This document shows positions 52,377 to 64,000 of a DNA stretch of 64,000 nt, piece after piece. A program made the translations under genes and the position numbers. The stretch comes from Lobosporangium transversale. Its lineage: Eukaryota. Location of the stretch: the NCBI RefSeq assembly GCF_002105155.1, contig NW_019028990.1, forward strand, positions 124,001-188,000, in the 5' to 3' direction. Below the pieces are notes generated by a model. It worked only from the letters and a program-made list of their open reading frames with translations. It was not told where the DNA came from and did not search any database. Every line of letters starts with the position of its first letter. The first letter of the stretch is position 1.

Positions 52377-53208
52377 TATTGGAGGCTAGTGTAATTTCCT
52401 TCTTTTTTTATTTGTGGGAATCATTAAAAAAAAATTTTCCAGGCGAAAGGATACTTTTTAAGCTTTTGATGCCCATGTTGCCGAAATGGACCATTCTCTC
52501 CCCCACATCCACAGCCAATAAAACTTGGTCCAGAATGGAAACTTTAAAAATAAGAAATGGAAGGATTTAAATTTAACCGGTTGAAAAGCGTTCTCAACAT
52601 CCAGTGCATGAGATGCATAGGTTCTGTGAAATAAACTCTTGCCATTGTTAGAGAAGCTTGAGCGTGTCAAGATGTCCCCAGTCCGTGTGTGAGATCTGTC
52701 TCCCCTTCCTCTCATGATGGGCGATGCTTTATTGCTACTATATTTACCATACGATATATTCGCTTTTTTATGATAATGACGCGCTCTCTGAAGAGCGGTT
52801 TGCCAACCCATTCACCGTGTCTATCCCGTATGGCTATTTGTTTCATTACTATGAGCAAAATTTTTAGGATCGGTTCAGTTACAATGCTGCCATCTTCTCA
52901 AAGTAGGACCGTCATCATTTACTCGAGAATGTTCTATCTATGCCACTAGAGTGTTTTCGTTAGCATGAAAAGCAAAGCGGATCAGGCAAGCAGTAGATGT
53001 GTCGATCTTCTGGTGATGCGCTTTGCATCACCTTGTGCCGAATACTGTTGACTCTGTCCAAGTGCAGCGGTTTCTCTAATCGTGAGATTGCGATTTCATG
53101 GCTCAATGTTTAACTGTTAATTCCCTTCACATGGTCCTTCACAAGCGCAATAAAAACATTGATCTTTAGGCGTTACACTTTAACAGAGTCGACAGTATCT
53201 TCAGCTGC

Positions 53209-53239
<31 letters not shown>

Positions 53240-55875
53240 GGTCTCCTCTTATACCATAGCTGTACAACAGCGTCACAGACTGCATGGTGATCAACAGGAC
53301 TAAGCTCAGGTAAATTGGACAACAGCTCAATGTGACCTTTTTTTCAATCATGATTTAGTAGCTATTGTCAGCTAACGTTTATAAAGTCTTACTTGGATAT
53401 GGCACGGCTGATTCCCTAGAGACAGGTCACTTTAAATGTTTTACAGTTGTAATAAAAGCGAGTTTACTCTTCTTACAACATCTTCGTTACCGAATTATTG
53501 CTTCTTTTTAAGACATTATATACAAATAAGCAACTTACATAATCTTTATTTCTCATTTTGAAGTGTCTAAACTTTCCATAAAAGGAAAAGGAGATTCAAT
53601 GAGATTGTTTTACCTTCATTAAAAAAAAGACATGAGACATGAGATCATTTCTTTGAGGATGTAAAGTGAGTCAAGGAAGGGTGGACAAAAAAATCCGCGC
53701 GGCATGTCCAAGTAAAAAAGAAATAAAAAAAATTTAGACAACTTAATTTGAGCACGAGCCACATCCACTCCGACTCGACGAATTCGCCACGCGACATGTG
53801 GCAATGCACTATGCACTACTGGCCATGACGTGAAGTTTTTACAGATGTAAACAGACAAATTAGAGTACATGTAGAGTGCTCGCATTGCTGGTCATTCATG
53901 GACTCGGTGGATGTAATGTAAGTCCTTCTCGTCCGTCCTCCTGTCTCTTACGGATTTGTTAAATATGCTTTTTTTTTTTTTTTTTAAAGGGGAGGGGGGG
54001 GGGGGAGCCTGTCAATCCTACAATTCCCCGGGCTTGGGAGCAATGGCCTATAGCAATACTCTCCTTTCATTTAACTAAGCTTCCTATCTCCTCGCTAGCC
54101 CTTTCATCTCTTCCATTAGGTTTATCCTCATTGTCCAATATTTTGAACACGTTCAAAAAAGCTACTCTACGGTTTATGTATGATCCAATCAACCATGCAG
54201 CTACCCAGCTGATGCTGCATGCCTACCAACCAGTAGCCTAAAACTAAGATCAGAGGCACCGCATCGACCTTTCCTGAGACCATGCAAGAGAATGAAGAAG
54301 TTATAAGGAAAGATCATAATATCTCATTGCAGACTAAAACTTCTTTCCGATAGAGCATAGGTAGTGTCGACTATGACTTTTTCTTTTATATTTTTGCAAC
54401 GTTCCAGTGGGGCAGACACATACACATCCGACAGACCCCCTATACATTGGAGAGGTGCGGATTCTCCTTTCTTCCTCCTTTTACGAGCAACTGAAGAAAT
54501 TATTCAAAGACTGATTTAAACGAAGAGAAACAATTAAAATAAGGAGTTCATTTCCTTTGTTATCCTATGCTCTTCAGTCTCCATAGGCTATTCAATGTAC
54601 TATCCTGTCTTATCCCAGTCCTTTTCCAGACCATAATTACGAGAACATCATGTAGACTTTAATGCTCTTGAGATAATAATAGCAATAAAAGCAGATAAGT
54701 ATTAACAACAACCATGAGTAGACTATGGAGGCCATCGTTACCGTATACTGATACATATTAAAGTATAACAAGGGAGTAGTGAGTATATAGTATAGATTAT
54801 AATGGGGGGGGGGGGGGGGGGGGAGGTTAAATAGCACGCATGCAAAGGTTAATTGCCTAGAAGACCATATTATGATGCTTCATCGGCTTCGTCTTCTTCA
54901 ATAAAAAAAAAGAACCCTTAACCAATGGCGACGTTGTATTTCATGAAGGAAAGGGGAATGTCTGAATGTGGGGGAAAGTGTGTTTTAATTGTCACGAAGC
55001 AATAAGCTTTTTGCGGATCAGTCTTTTTTTTTTTTTTTTTTTTTTTCACACTTGACTCGGTGGAATAGTAAAAGATTCCACCGTGTCAAAACTTTAAAAA
55101 GTGAGCGGAAGTCAACAGCGCACACACCACAATACAGATTTTTCTTTCACTTTTACTCGGTGGAACAACAAGAAAATGATCTGCTGCGGTCTATGTCCAT
55201 CATTAGAGTAAAAAAAAATAAAGAAAAGATAAAAATAAGTACCGGAAAAGTGATCAAGTCTGCAAAAAGGGTCCTAAGGATACTTCTCGCATGAGCTATA
55301 TACATCCAATGGCTTGAATCAGCAGGATCCTCTAGGGAGAAAGGGAAACAGACAATGAGAAAGCAAGGGTGCAACCAGAACAAGGGTTTCTTTTTTGTTC
55401 GTTTTTTTGGGGTTATGTATGTGTGAAGTATCTATTAGGACTGGTTGCTTCTTATTCTTAATTGGGTATGACAAAGCGGGCAAAACTTTTTCTGTAGTCG
55501 CTTGTATTCTCTTTAGACTTGTCAGTCTCTAGAATTGATTATGCATCATGATGGGTGCTGGTTGTATGACAGTTCATTCTATCAACCTTTCATTGAACGA
55601 ATGGAATGGGCGCAAGCAAAAGAGGTATCGGAAAACAATCAATTGGTGGAAGTCTTTTTTTTTTTTTTTTTTTGTCCTCGTGTATAAATTAATTTCCTGC
55701 TTCTCACTCCTCTCCTTTTCATTATCATTCATCCCGAATCTCATTTCTGTTTGTTGAATTTGTCGATTCATTCCTCATTCTCACCTTCTCTCCCCTCTTT
55801 CTCCTCTCTCCTCTCGTTCTCTTTACCTTTTTTTTCTTTTCTACTAATCTTGCTTACATCAATCCATATCCAAAC

Positions 55876-57124
55876 ATGTTCCGTTCACTTTCCACAACTG
55901 CTGCCACATTCGCGAAGCGTGGTCTCACGCCCGCCGTCTCCACCCGCATCCTTACAGTAAGTATATTACTAACTCTCCTCCCGTGCAATTCATTTATAGA
56001 GCAGAGGCAGTTAAACGAAGCAGTAATAGCAGCAAGCTCTCTGTCTAGTATTGTGCGATCAATTGACAAGGGATTACCAAGTTCATGTTGCTTGTTTCTT
56101 TGGATTCTGCAATCCACACAGAGAATAAATTTTCCCAGGATGCAAAAGCAATAAAATGAATAAAGGACTTATATTATTTCCTTAAACCTTTTTTTATTAT
56201 ACATAGCGTGGTATGGCCTTCCCTGCCGGACAGAAGGAGGTAAGCTGCAATAATATGAACTTTTTTTTTTTTTTTTTAAGAAAAGCATGTTTAGACAAAA
56301 GAAAGGATCCATTCTAACTCGTGATTTTTTAATATGTCAACATGATGAAATCTTCAGCTTCTCAACAGATCTCTCAAGGAACAGGACCCTGAGATGTATA
56401 ACATTATTGAGCTTGAGAAAAAGAGGCAGCGCGAGTCCATTGTCTTGATTGCTTCCGAGGTATGCCGACCGAGTATTTTTTTTTTTTTTTTTTTTTTTGC
56501 CATTTGATGAAGCATGGAGGATTATTTGCTATTATCCAAAAGTTCCAGGAGTCATTAGAAAATATGGGACATGAAACATTGACTCAGATTTTTATCTTCT
56601 GTGTACGTAATCATCCTGGTTTAGAACTTCACTTCACGCTCAGTCATGGGTGCTTTGGGATCCATTCTTCAGAATAAGTACTCTGAGGGATACCCTGGTG
56701 CTAGGTACAGCATTATGGATATATATTTTTTTTATATAATGTTTTCTATAGCCAATGATACGAGTATATTTTAAGAGGCATTGTCAACCCAACTGACTTT
56801 TATATTGCTTGACTTTTCAAACTATAGATACTACGGCGGTAATGAGAACATTGACATGTCGGAGCGCCTTTGCCAGAAGCGTGCCCTTGAGGCATTCGAT
56901 TTGAATCCTGAGGAGTGGGGTGTCAACGTTCAACCTTTGTCTGGAGCACCTGCTAACCTCTACGTTTATGGCGCCCTCATGAAGCCCCATGATCGCTTGA
57001 TGGGTCTTGATCTTCCCCACGGAGGACAGTAAGTGATTAATTTAGAAAACTCGAAAGTGATGTGTTGACACATGAGTTTTTATAGAGCGCTGAGTGCTGA
57101 CCTATGAAATTATAATTTTGGTGG

Positions 57125-57172
<48 letters not shown>

Positions 57173-58193
57173 CTTGTCACATGGCTACCAGATTCCTGGC
57201 AAGAAGATTTCTATGGTCTCTGCTTACTTCGAGACCCTTCCTTATGAGATTAACCAAGAAACCGGCTTGATTGACTACGATGCTCTTGAGAAGAACTCCA
57301 AGCTGTACCGCCCAAAGATCATCGTTGCTGGTACCTCTGCCTACGCCCGTGAGATCGATTACCCTCGCATGCGCAAGATCGCTGACGATTGCGGCGCATA
57401 CTTGATGTCTGATATGGCTCATATTTCTGGTTTGGTCGCTGCTGGTGTTTTGAAGTCACCCTTCCCTCACTCGGACATTGTCACCACTACCACTCACAAG
57501 TCACTGCGTGGACCTCGTGGAGCCTTGATCTTCTACCGCAAGGGTGTTCGCGGTGTCGACAAGAAGGGCAATGAGATCAAGTATGATCTCGAGGAACCTA
57601 TCAATGCCTCTGTCTTCCCTGGTCACCAAGGAGGCCCTCACAATCACACTATTGGGGCTTTGGCCGTCGCTTTGAAGCAAACAAAGACCGAAACATTCAA
57701 GGAGTACCAGCAACAGGTTTTGAAGAACAGCAAGGCTTTTGCTGATGCCTTCGGCAAGCTTGGATATAAGATGTCTTCTGGTGGCACAGACACACATTTG
57801 ATCTTGGTCGATCTTCGCTCAAAGGGCATTGATGGCTCGCGTGTTGAGCGTGTGTTGGAGTTGGTCAACATTGCCTCGAACAAGAACACTGTTGCTGGTG
57901 ACAAGTCTGCAATGAACCCTGGTGGAATCCGTGTTGGTACTCCCGCAATGACATCCCGGGGCTTGGGCGAGAAGGATTTTGAACAAGTTGCCAACTTTAT
58001 CGACCGCGCAGTCAACCTTACCAAGGATCTCAAGAGCAAAACCCCTGGCAAGAAGATTGCTGACTTCAAGTCGTTTGTTGGTGACGGATCCCAGATTCCC
58101 GAGATTCAGGCTTTGAAGAAGGAGGTTGCTGAGTTTGCCCGCAAGTTCCCTACAGTTGGATTCACTGAAGATGAGATGGAATACCGCGACTAG
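55876..58193 (+). CDS. SHM1: Serine hydroxymethyltransferase with mitochondrial-type presequence, multi-exon
   Basis: [58 protein letters not shown]. Arg/Ser/Thr-rich N-terminus [16 protein letters not shown]. Confidence 0.95.
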
Positions 58194-58788
58194 AAAAAAA
58201 AAAATCAGGCATACTTCTTTTAAGCTTCATTAGACAAACTTGCATGATGCTAGTTCCTTCATCATATTTTTCTCATCATTCTTTTTAATTGCCTTTATTC
58301 AAACAACTGTACAAAAAAATACCATTCAATACATTATTTTTGACTTAACAGCCAAGTTCAATATATCCTTGGTCCGGATACGGATAATATTTCATTGGTT
58401 TTGATTTATGAAGCCAATGAGCACTTGTAGTTCATGACTTTTGAACAAAAAAAAAACAATTCGTGAGTGACGTTGAACATCTTGTTTACTTGCATGAGTT
58501 TGGAGGAAACAGCTCCGATGGTGTTGAAGAAGTACCCAATCCTCATGCGACCTGTAAAAACTTGTTCGGGGGTTTTCTGATGGTTTAAAAGACTAGCTTG
58601 GTTTATTCCAAAGGTAAATGACAGGTACATGTTCACACCCTGTTTCAAGAAAAGTCCAAAGCACATGCTCGCTTTCTGTCTGGGAACTGGCTTGATATAG
58701 TGCCAACACTAATACCCTTTATTATCTAATACATGAGACCAAAAGGATAAAAGGTACACAGGAATGTGGTATATGCGTTTCAAAGAGC

Positions 58789-58825
<37 letters not shown>

Positions 58826-59729
58826 CCAAGGTCAAAGACCAAGGTGTCAGGGAGTGAAATGATTATTTACCGAGCACACAATAGATGGACCCAACGCGTT
58901 AGTTCAAGTGACAAAACGTTTTTGTGCCACGATAAATCATTGGACGATAGCGAATCTTATTTGGAAATTGATTTTTCTCTCATTTTATTACGGTGCAGAC
59001 AACAAAGAACTTGTCAGGCATTCATGTTTGGAGTTTGTGCAGCAACACAAATGAGCCTTTTGCATTAGATATTCAGCAACAATGAAACAAAAATTTTCTT
59101 GTTTGCTCATGCTTTTTCTTCTTTGCCTTGCCTTGCCTTGCTTGGCTTGCCACTGAAGGAATTCAGGAACAGAAACCGGTGCAATGAAAATGAAAAGAGA
59201 GTCGAAATCCAAATCCAAATCCAAATAATTAATACAGTTTTCATCGGCTCACTGGCAACGTTACGAACAATGTTCCGGGTAGTCAAGTTTTGTTTTCTTT
59301 CTTAACCATGATGATTATGATTATGCTTATGATTATGATGATAACAGCGATATATGAAGAGAGCAATTTTGTTTATGGTTATTCCCGAAGACTAAAAGAT
59401 ATCGCCTTCAAGCCAATTGCCCGGTATCGTCTTTTTCAGCCTCTTTATCTTTTTCACACCAATCTTTCCTACCGCCTCACAACCTTTGTTCCTGTTCCTC
59501 TTCTTTTTTTCTTTCTTTTTTTTCTGGGACCCGCTCATAATCACACAGCTCTGTCATTTCTTAATCGAATATCATTAATCCAATCCATTATCACCTTTTT
59601 CCTCCCCTTCTTTCTTTCTTTCTTCCTTTTTTTTTTTACTGCACATACCTCATACCTCATCACATCCCCCTCCCTTTCCTCCCTTTATAGTTGTTCTGTT
59701 TGCACCATATTAACCCCTTTTTTCACATC

Positions 59730-61453
59730 ATGAACCCCTTCAACGATAACGGCAGTAGTAACAGCAGTGGCTACAATAGTAGTAACTACAATAATAGCTA
59801 CAACAATAACTACAACAATAACTACAACAGTAATTACAGTGATAACTACAGCAATAACTATAACCCTCATAGCAATCATAATGATCATTACCAGAGTAAT
59901 ACCAATACCAATACCAATACCAATACCAATACTACCCACCGTGGTCGTCCTCGTCCTCGTCCTCGTCCTCAACCAACCTCTCCTACCTCTCCTCTTCATC
60001 CTATTTCTCCTACATATCCCAAAACCCCTACATATCCCATTTCTCCTACCACTCCCATTTCCCCCACGACCCCTACATCCGCTCACTTGACATCATCCTT
60101 CCCTCGTTCCAGTTCTCGGAATTGGCTCGCAGATACCGAATTTGATAACGATGCCAACCGTCGAGCCAATGTCCCGAACGTACCAACCTTTCAAGAGAGG
60201 AACCATAGTCGAGAAGGCGGTCGCCACAATAACAACAATGCCAATCGTAGTCAGACCGCTAGTAGGTCTGGTTCTGGTTCAAGTTCTGGAACGGGATTTG
60301 AGTCAAGCTCTAGATCTGGTGCCAGGTTTAACCCTGGATCGAGCTCGGGCTCGGGTTCAGGTTCAGGTTCGGTTTCTGGACCGGTTTCTGGACCGGTTTC
60401 TGGAGAGATCAGTAAATCCTCATCAGCGACTATCCCAATGCACCAAATGTACCTAAAAGATGGCGGAGATGGTTTGAGTGATCGGCTCCGAAGAGGTGGA
60501 AGTAATGACACGAAGGTTTCAAAGGTCTCAGAAGGAAACGGGTATTACTATAGCGATAGCCGAAATGATATGAAGATTGGATATAACAATGGCAATAACA
60601 ATAACAATAACAGTAATGCGAATTCATATTATGACGGGAAAAAACTTGGAGCATCAACCATATCAGCAGCAGGAGCGGGAGTGAACGGAGGTAGTCAGCA
60701 ACAAAAACAAAAGCAACAACAACGGGTTCCGGCCTCAAGAAGAGATTCAGCTTCATCCATTTCCACGGGTCGTTCATCCAATAGTAGCCTTGATCGCCGT
60801 TATTATCGCCCAGAGACCAAACTGGATGATTCTAATAAGGGTGATAGGAATACTAAGAAGAGTCGAGGAAAATTCCTGTCTCGATTCGACTTCGGGGAGA
60901 CATTCCATGGGTACCGTCATTACGATCCATTGAACTACAAGATGAAGCGGATGGGTCGACTGGCTCAGTTCAACAATGAGCGATTGTATCTGCATTGGAT
61001 TCGACTTGGAGTGTTGCAGGGAGGCATTGCAGTGACATTGTTGAGTTTTGGTTTGGGAGTGACCTCATATGTGGGCGTAGGAGCCTTGATCTTGGCGCTA
61101 TTGACGTTGATTTATGCGACTACGTTATATCATAAGCGACATTTGCATCTGGTCCATAAACGAAGTGATGTCAAGTATTTCGCAAGGACCATTCCGACCT
61201 TTTTGACCGTCGGCCTTATCCTTTTATATGCTAGTAACTTTGCATGTAAGTCCTCTCTCTCTCTCTCTCTCTCTTTTATCATTTTAATTCGTTCAAAAAG
61301 GGGCAGAATGGTTAAAAAGTTCTTATTCAACATTTCCTTTTTCCCCATTTCCTTTTCTTTCATCAATTGATAGTGACATTGCTGTATGGTGAAGAAGCTA
61401 GAAGTCCTCCACCATGGACAAATGACGATGACAGCTTTAGTAGTGTATTCTAG
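59730..61453 (+). CDS. DUF202 (VTC1-like) membrane domain protein with long low-complexity N-terminus; intron 61246-61373
   Basis: AQFNNERLYLHWIRLG motif followed by three TM segments. Short last exon ends at TAG 61453. Confidence 0.8.
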
Positions 61454-61496
61454 AAGGATAAATGACAGAGTTGAAGACTATGGGACCATCATGTAT

Positions 61497-61527
<31 letters not shown>

Positions 61528-61801
61528 ATGAAAAGACGCGTTTTGATTCCCTTGAAAGTTTATTTTCTGGATTGTGGAAGATGCTTCGGAGTAAACTGAA
61601 AATGTGTGTATCTGTCTCTCTTTCTGTTTCTAAAAAAAGATGGCAGACAAGTTGTGTTACAATCTCATCAAGGAAAAATAAAAACGCGCGACATCTTTGG
61701 TGAGGCCAAGTGATGATGGTAGAAGTTTTATTTTATGAGGTGGCGGTTTTTTTTTTTTTGTATCTTTACCCAAGACTAGCCCTTGGAGGCTTTGTAGTAA
61801 G

Positions 61802-61836
<35 letters not shown>

Positions 61837-62188
61837 TAGCCGAGCACCCTCCGGTTGAGATTTGTGGCGCCAGATGACGGGTGTGTGTCACATGAGTATG
61901 CTATTTTCCATTATCCATTTTTTTTATTTTTTACTTTTTTATTTTTTACTTTTATTTATTTATATTATATATATTAAGTATGATCGATGTTGTTTTGTGT
62001 GCCATGTATTCTGTACACACCATATGAGAAAGTGAAAAAGTGGGGAAGAGGCTTCGAAGCACATAAATACATCTCCCATTCATCTATCTAAAGTATAAAT
62101 GGGAAAACGAATGGCCTTTTTTTTTTTTTTTTTTTTTTCTTTTTTTTTTTCTGGTTCTTCTCTTAACTGCACTAAGATGCTCAGCTGC

Positions 62189-63880
62189 TTAGTTACGGCT
62201 TGTGAAAATGAGACCAGTATCAACGGGATCACCCATACGCCACATCAAACCCCTCTTGGTCTTTGAAGGATCCTGGATCTCAAACTTTGAGTACCTGGAA
62301 ACCAAGAGCGCTCCAACAGTCTTCAATTCTTGGATAGCCAAGAAACGTCCAGGGCATGCATGCCTAACGCAAAAATATATAAATAAATAAATAAATACAT
62401 TAGATCCAAGTCGCGCACTTTTTTTTTTTTTTTTTTTTTTTTCCTCCAAGTTCCTTAGTTTTTATACTTACTTTCCCATGCCAAAGACCAAAAAGTCATT
62501 GCCAGCCTTGGTGGCAGCCTTTGCTTTGCCTACGAATCTCCAGGGGCGGAACTCATAAGCGTCGCCTCCTTGAACCTCATCGCTTTGATGGACTGAATGG
62601 TTGTTGATGATGGCTTTGCTACCCTTGGTGATGCGCATTCCATTGGACAATGTGATATCCTCTCTGGCCGTGTGTGCCAAGGTCAAACGTTCGGTCCTAT
62701 ATCTCAAAACCTCTCTAACAAAAGAATCCATCTTGACTAACCGCTTCATCATAGCAGCCGAAAGATCACGATCGTTCTTGGGATCCAAATCTGATCCTAC
62801 GAAATCCTGTTCGGATTTGACCTCACCTGAAGCCAATTTGCTCTGTCTCAAGGTCTGACGTTCTTGTTCGATCTGAGATAGAGCCTCGCATTGTTCTTGA
62901 TACAAAACATCCACATGTTCAGGGAAGGCTGCAAAGTAATAGCACAAGTTGGCGGCAGAATCTGATGTCGTATGGACACTTGCCAAGACCAAAAGCAACA
63001 AATGACCGCAGACATCCTCAATATCCACGAATCCATACTTGTCAAAGTTATCCAATAACTTTTGCATCATATCCAAAGGACGTACGTATTCCTCTCCCTT
63101 TGCATTCGCTTCAGCTTCTTCTTGACGACGTTTCAAGATCACGGGGGTGGCAACTTCGACCAGGATGTCAATATGTTTCTTCAGAGGATTCAACACGCTA
63201 TATTTGGCTTGGGTATTGAATCTATGCCAGAATCGAAGTCTGTTATCTCGACCAAGGACTTCGCCAAAGTCATATGTGCATTTGATGAAGGAATCGCGGA
63301 CCCGATGGTCCTTGGCACAGTCATTGCCCATAAACACAGTGGCCACTGAATAAAGAAGGAAGAAAAAAAAAAAGGTTAAAATTGAAACTACGTCCGAAAC
63401 CGGTAATAAAAAAAAAAAAAAAAAAAAAACTTACTGGCAGCGGCGACCATCTCCTGGAAGACATTAATGGGTTTCTCAATCAGCTTTCCATCCTTACAAT
63501 CACCCAATTCTCGATCGATTGTCAAAGTCAATTGCTCGACAATACGAGGGGTGTACAAGGGCAGGAATGGGGAGAGGTTATCACGGATGGCACTATGGGA
63601 GATCCAGTTTTCATCATTGCTGGTCTTGGTGATACTGTCTGTGAAAGCCTTCATGCCTGTCACCTCCTCCAAAGCATCAATGAAACTGAATTGTTCATTC
63701 ATGAATACTTCTCGGATCAACGAGCCCGAAACGACTGTGAATTTTTGATTCCAGAGCATGACATTGAAAACGAGGCCATAGTTCTCTACACACTTTGAAA
63801 GGAATTTGTTTTGATCCTCGGCGTATTCTGCATCATGGCTCTTGTCGCCTGCACGTAATGGTACGATTGGGATAGACTAA
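62189..63880 (-). CDS. Cytochrome P450, 5'-partial, multi-exon
   Basis: I-helix LASVHTTS, ExxR (EVLR), FRPWRF, heme motif FGMGK|HACPGRFLA. The gene runs off the window end. Confidence 0.93.
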
Positions 63881-63883
63881 GAT

Positions 63884-63925
<42 letters not shown>

Positions 63926-64000
63926 TGTTTAGTTTACCAATTAGGCAATTAGTTTTTTTGTTAGAGATTGATGTTCTTTTGAATGACGCTCTCAGTTTTT

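Noticed and set aside
52400..55800. Long intergenic region with short ORFs and G-runs
   Set aside because: No conserved motifs, splice-consistent frames or repeats found.

Overview
Eukaryotic, intron-rich, AT-rich fungal DNA with many long poly(A)/poly(T) tracts. Gene content and style suggest an early-diverging fungus (Mortierellaceae/Mucoromycota-like; this is inference). About 13 ordinary spliced genes lie in 1-8.6 kb and 27-64 kb: hypothetical proteins, an NLI/FCP1-like HAD phosphatase, a PEP4-like aspartic protease, Swd1/RBBP5, a PRAS40-like protein, an MFS monocarboxylate transporter, a TKL kinase-ankyrin fusion, methylmalonate-semialdehyde dehydrogenase, an MT-A70 protein of the MTA9/AMT6-7 type, SHMT, a DUF202 protein and a partial P450. 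Between them, ~9.0-26.15 kb is a 17-kb accessory island with no core protein gene, bounded by a degenerate direct repeat. It holds an apparently intact 1097-aa Crypton-type tyrosine recombinase (NDC10-II-like + GCR1_C-like), two decayed PD-(D/E)xK nuclease-like genes, a RecQ-helicase pseudogene, a TA-flanked MITE carrying nested 5'-truncated LINE copies, and a tRNA-Lys(CTT). Exon structures were read by eye, and family calls rest on motif recognition without database searches.
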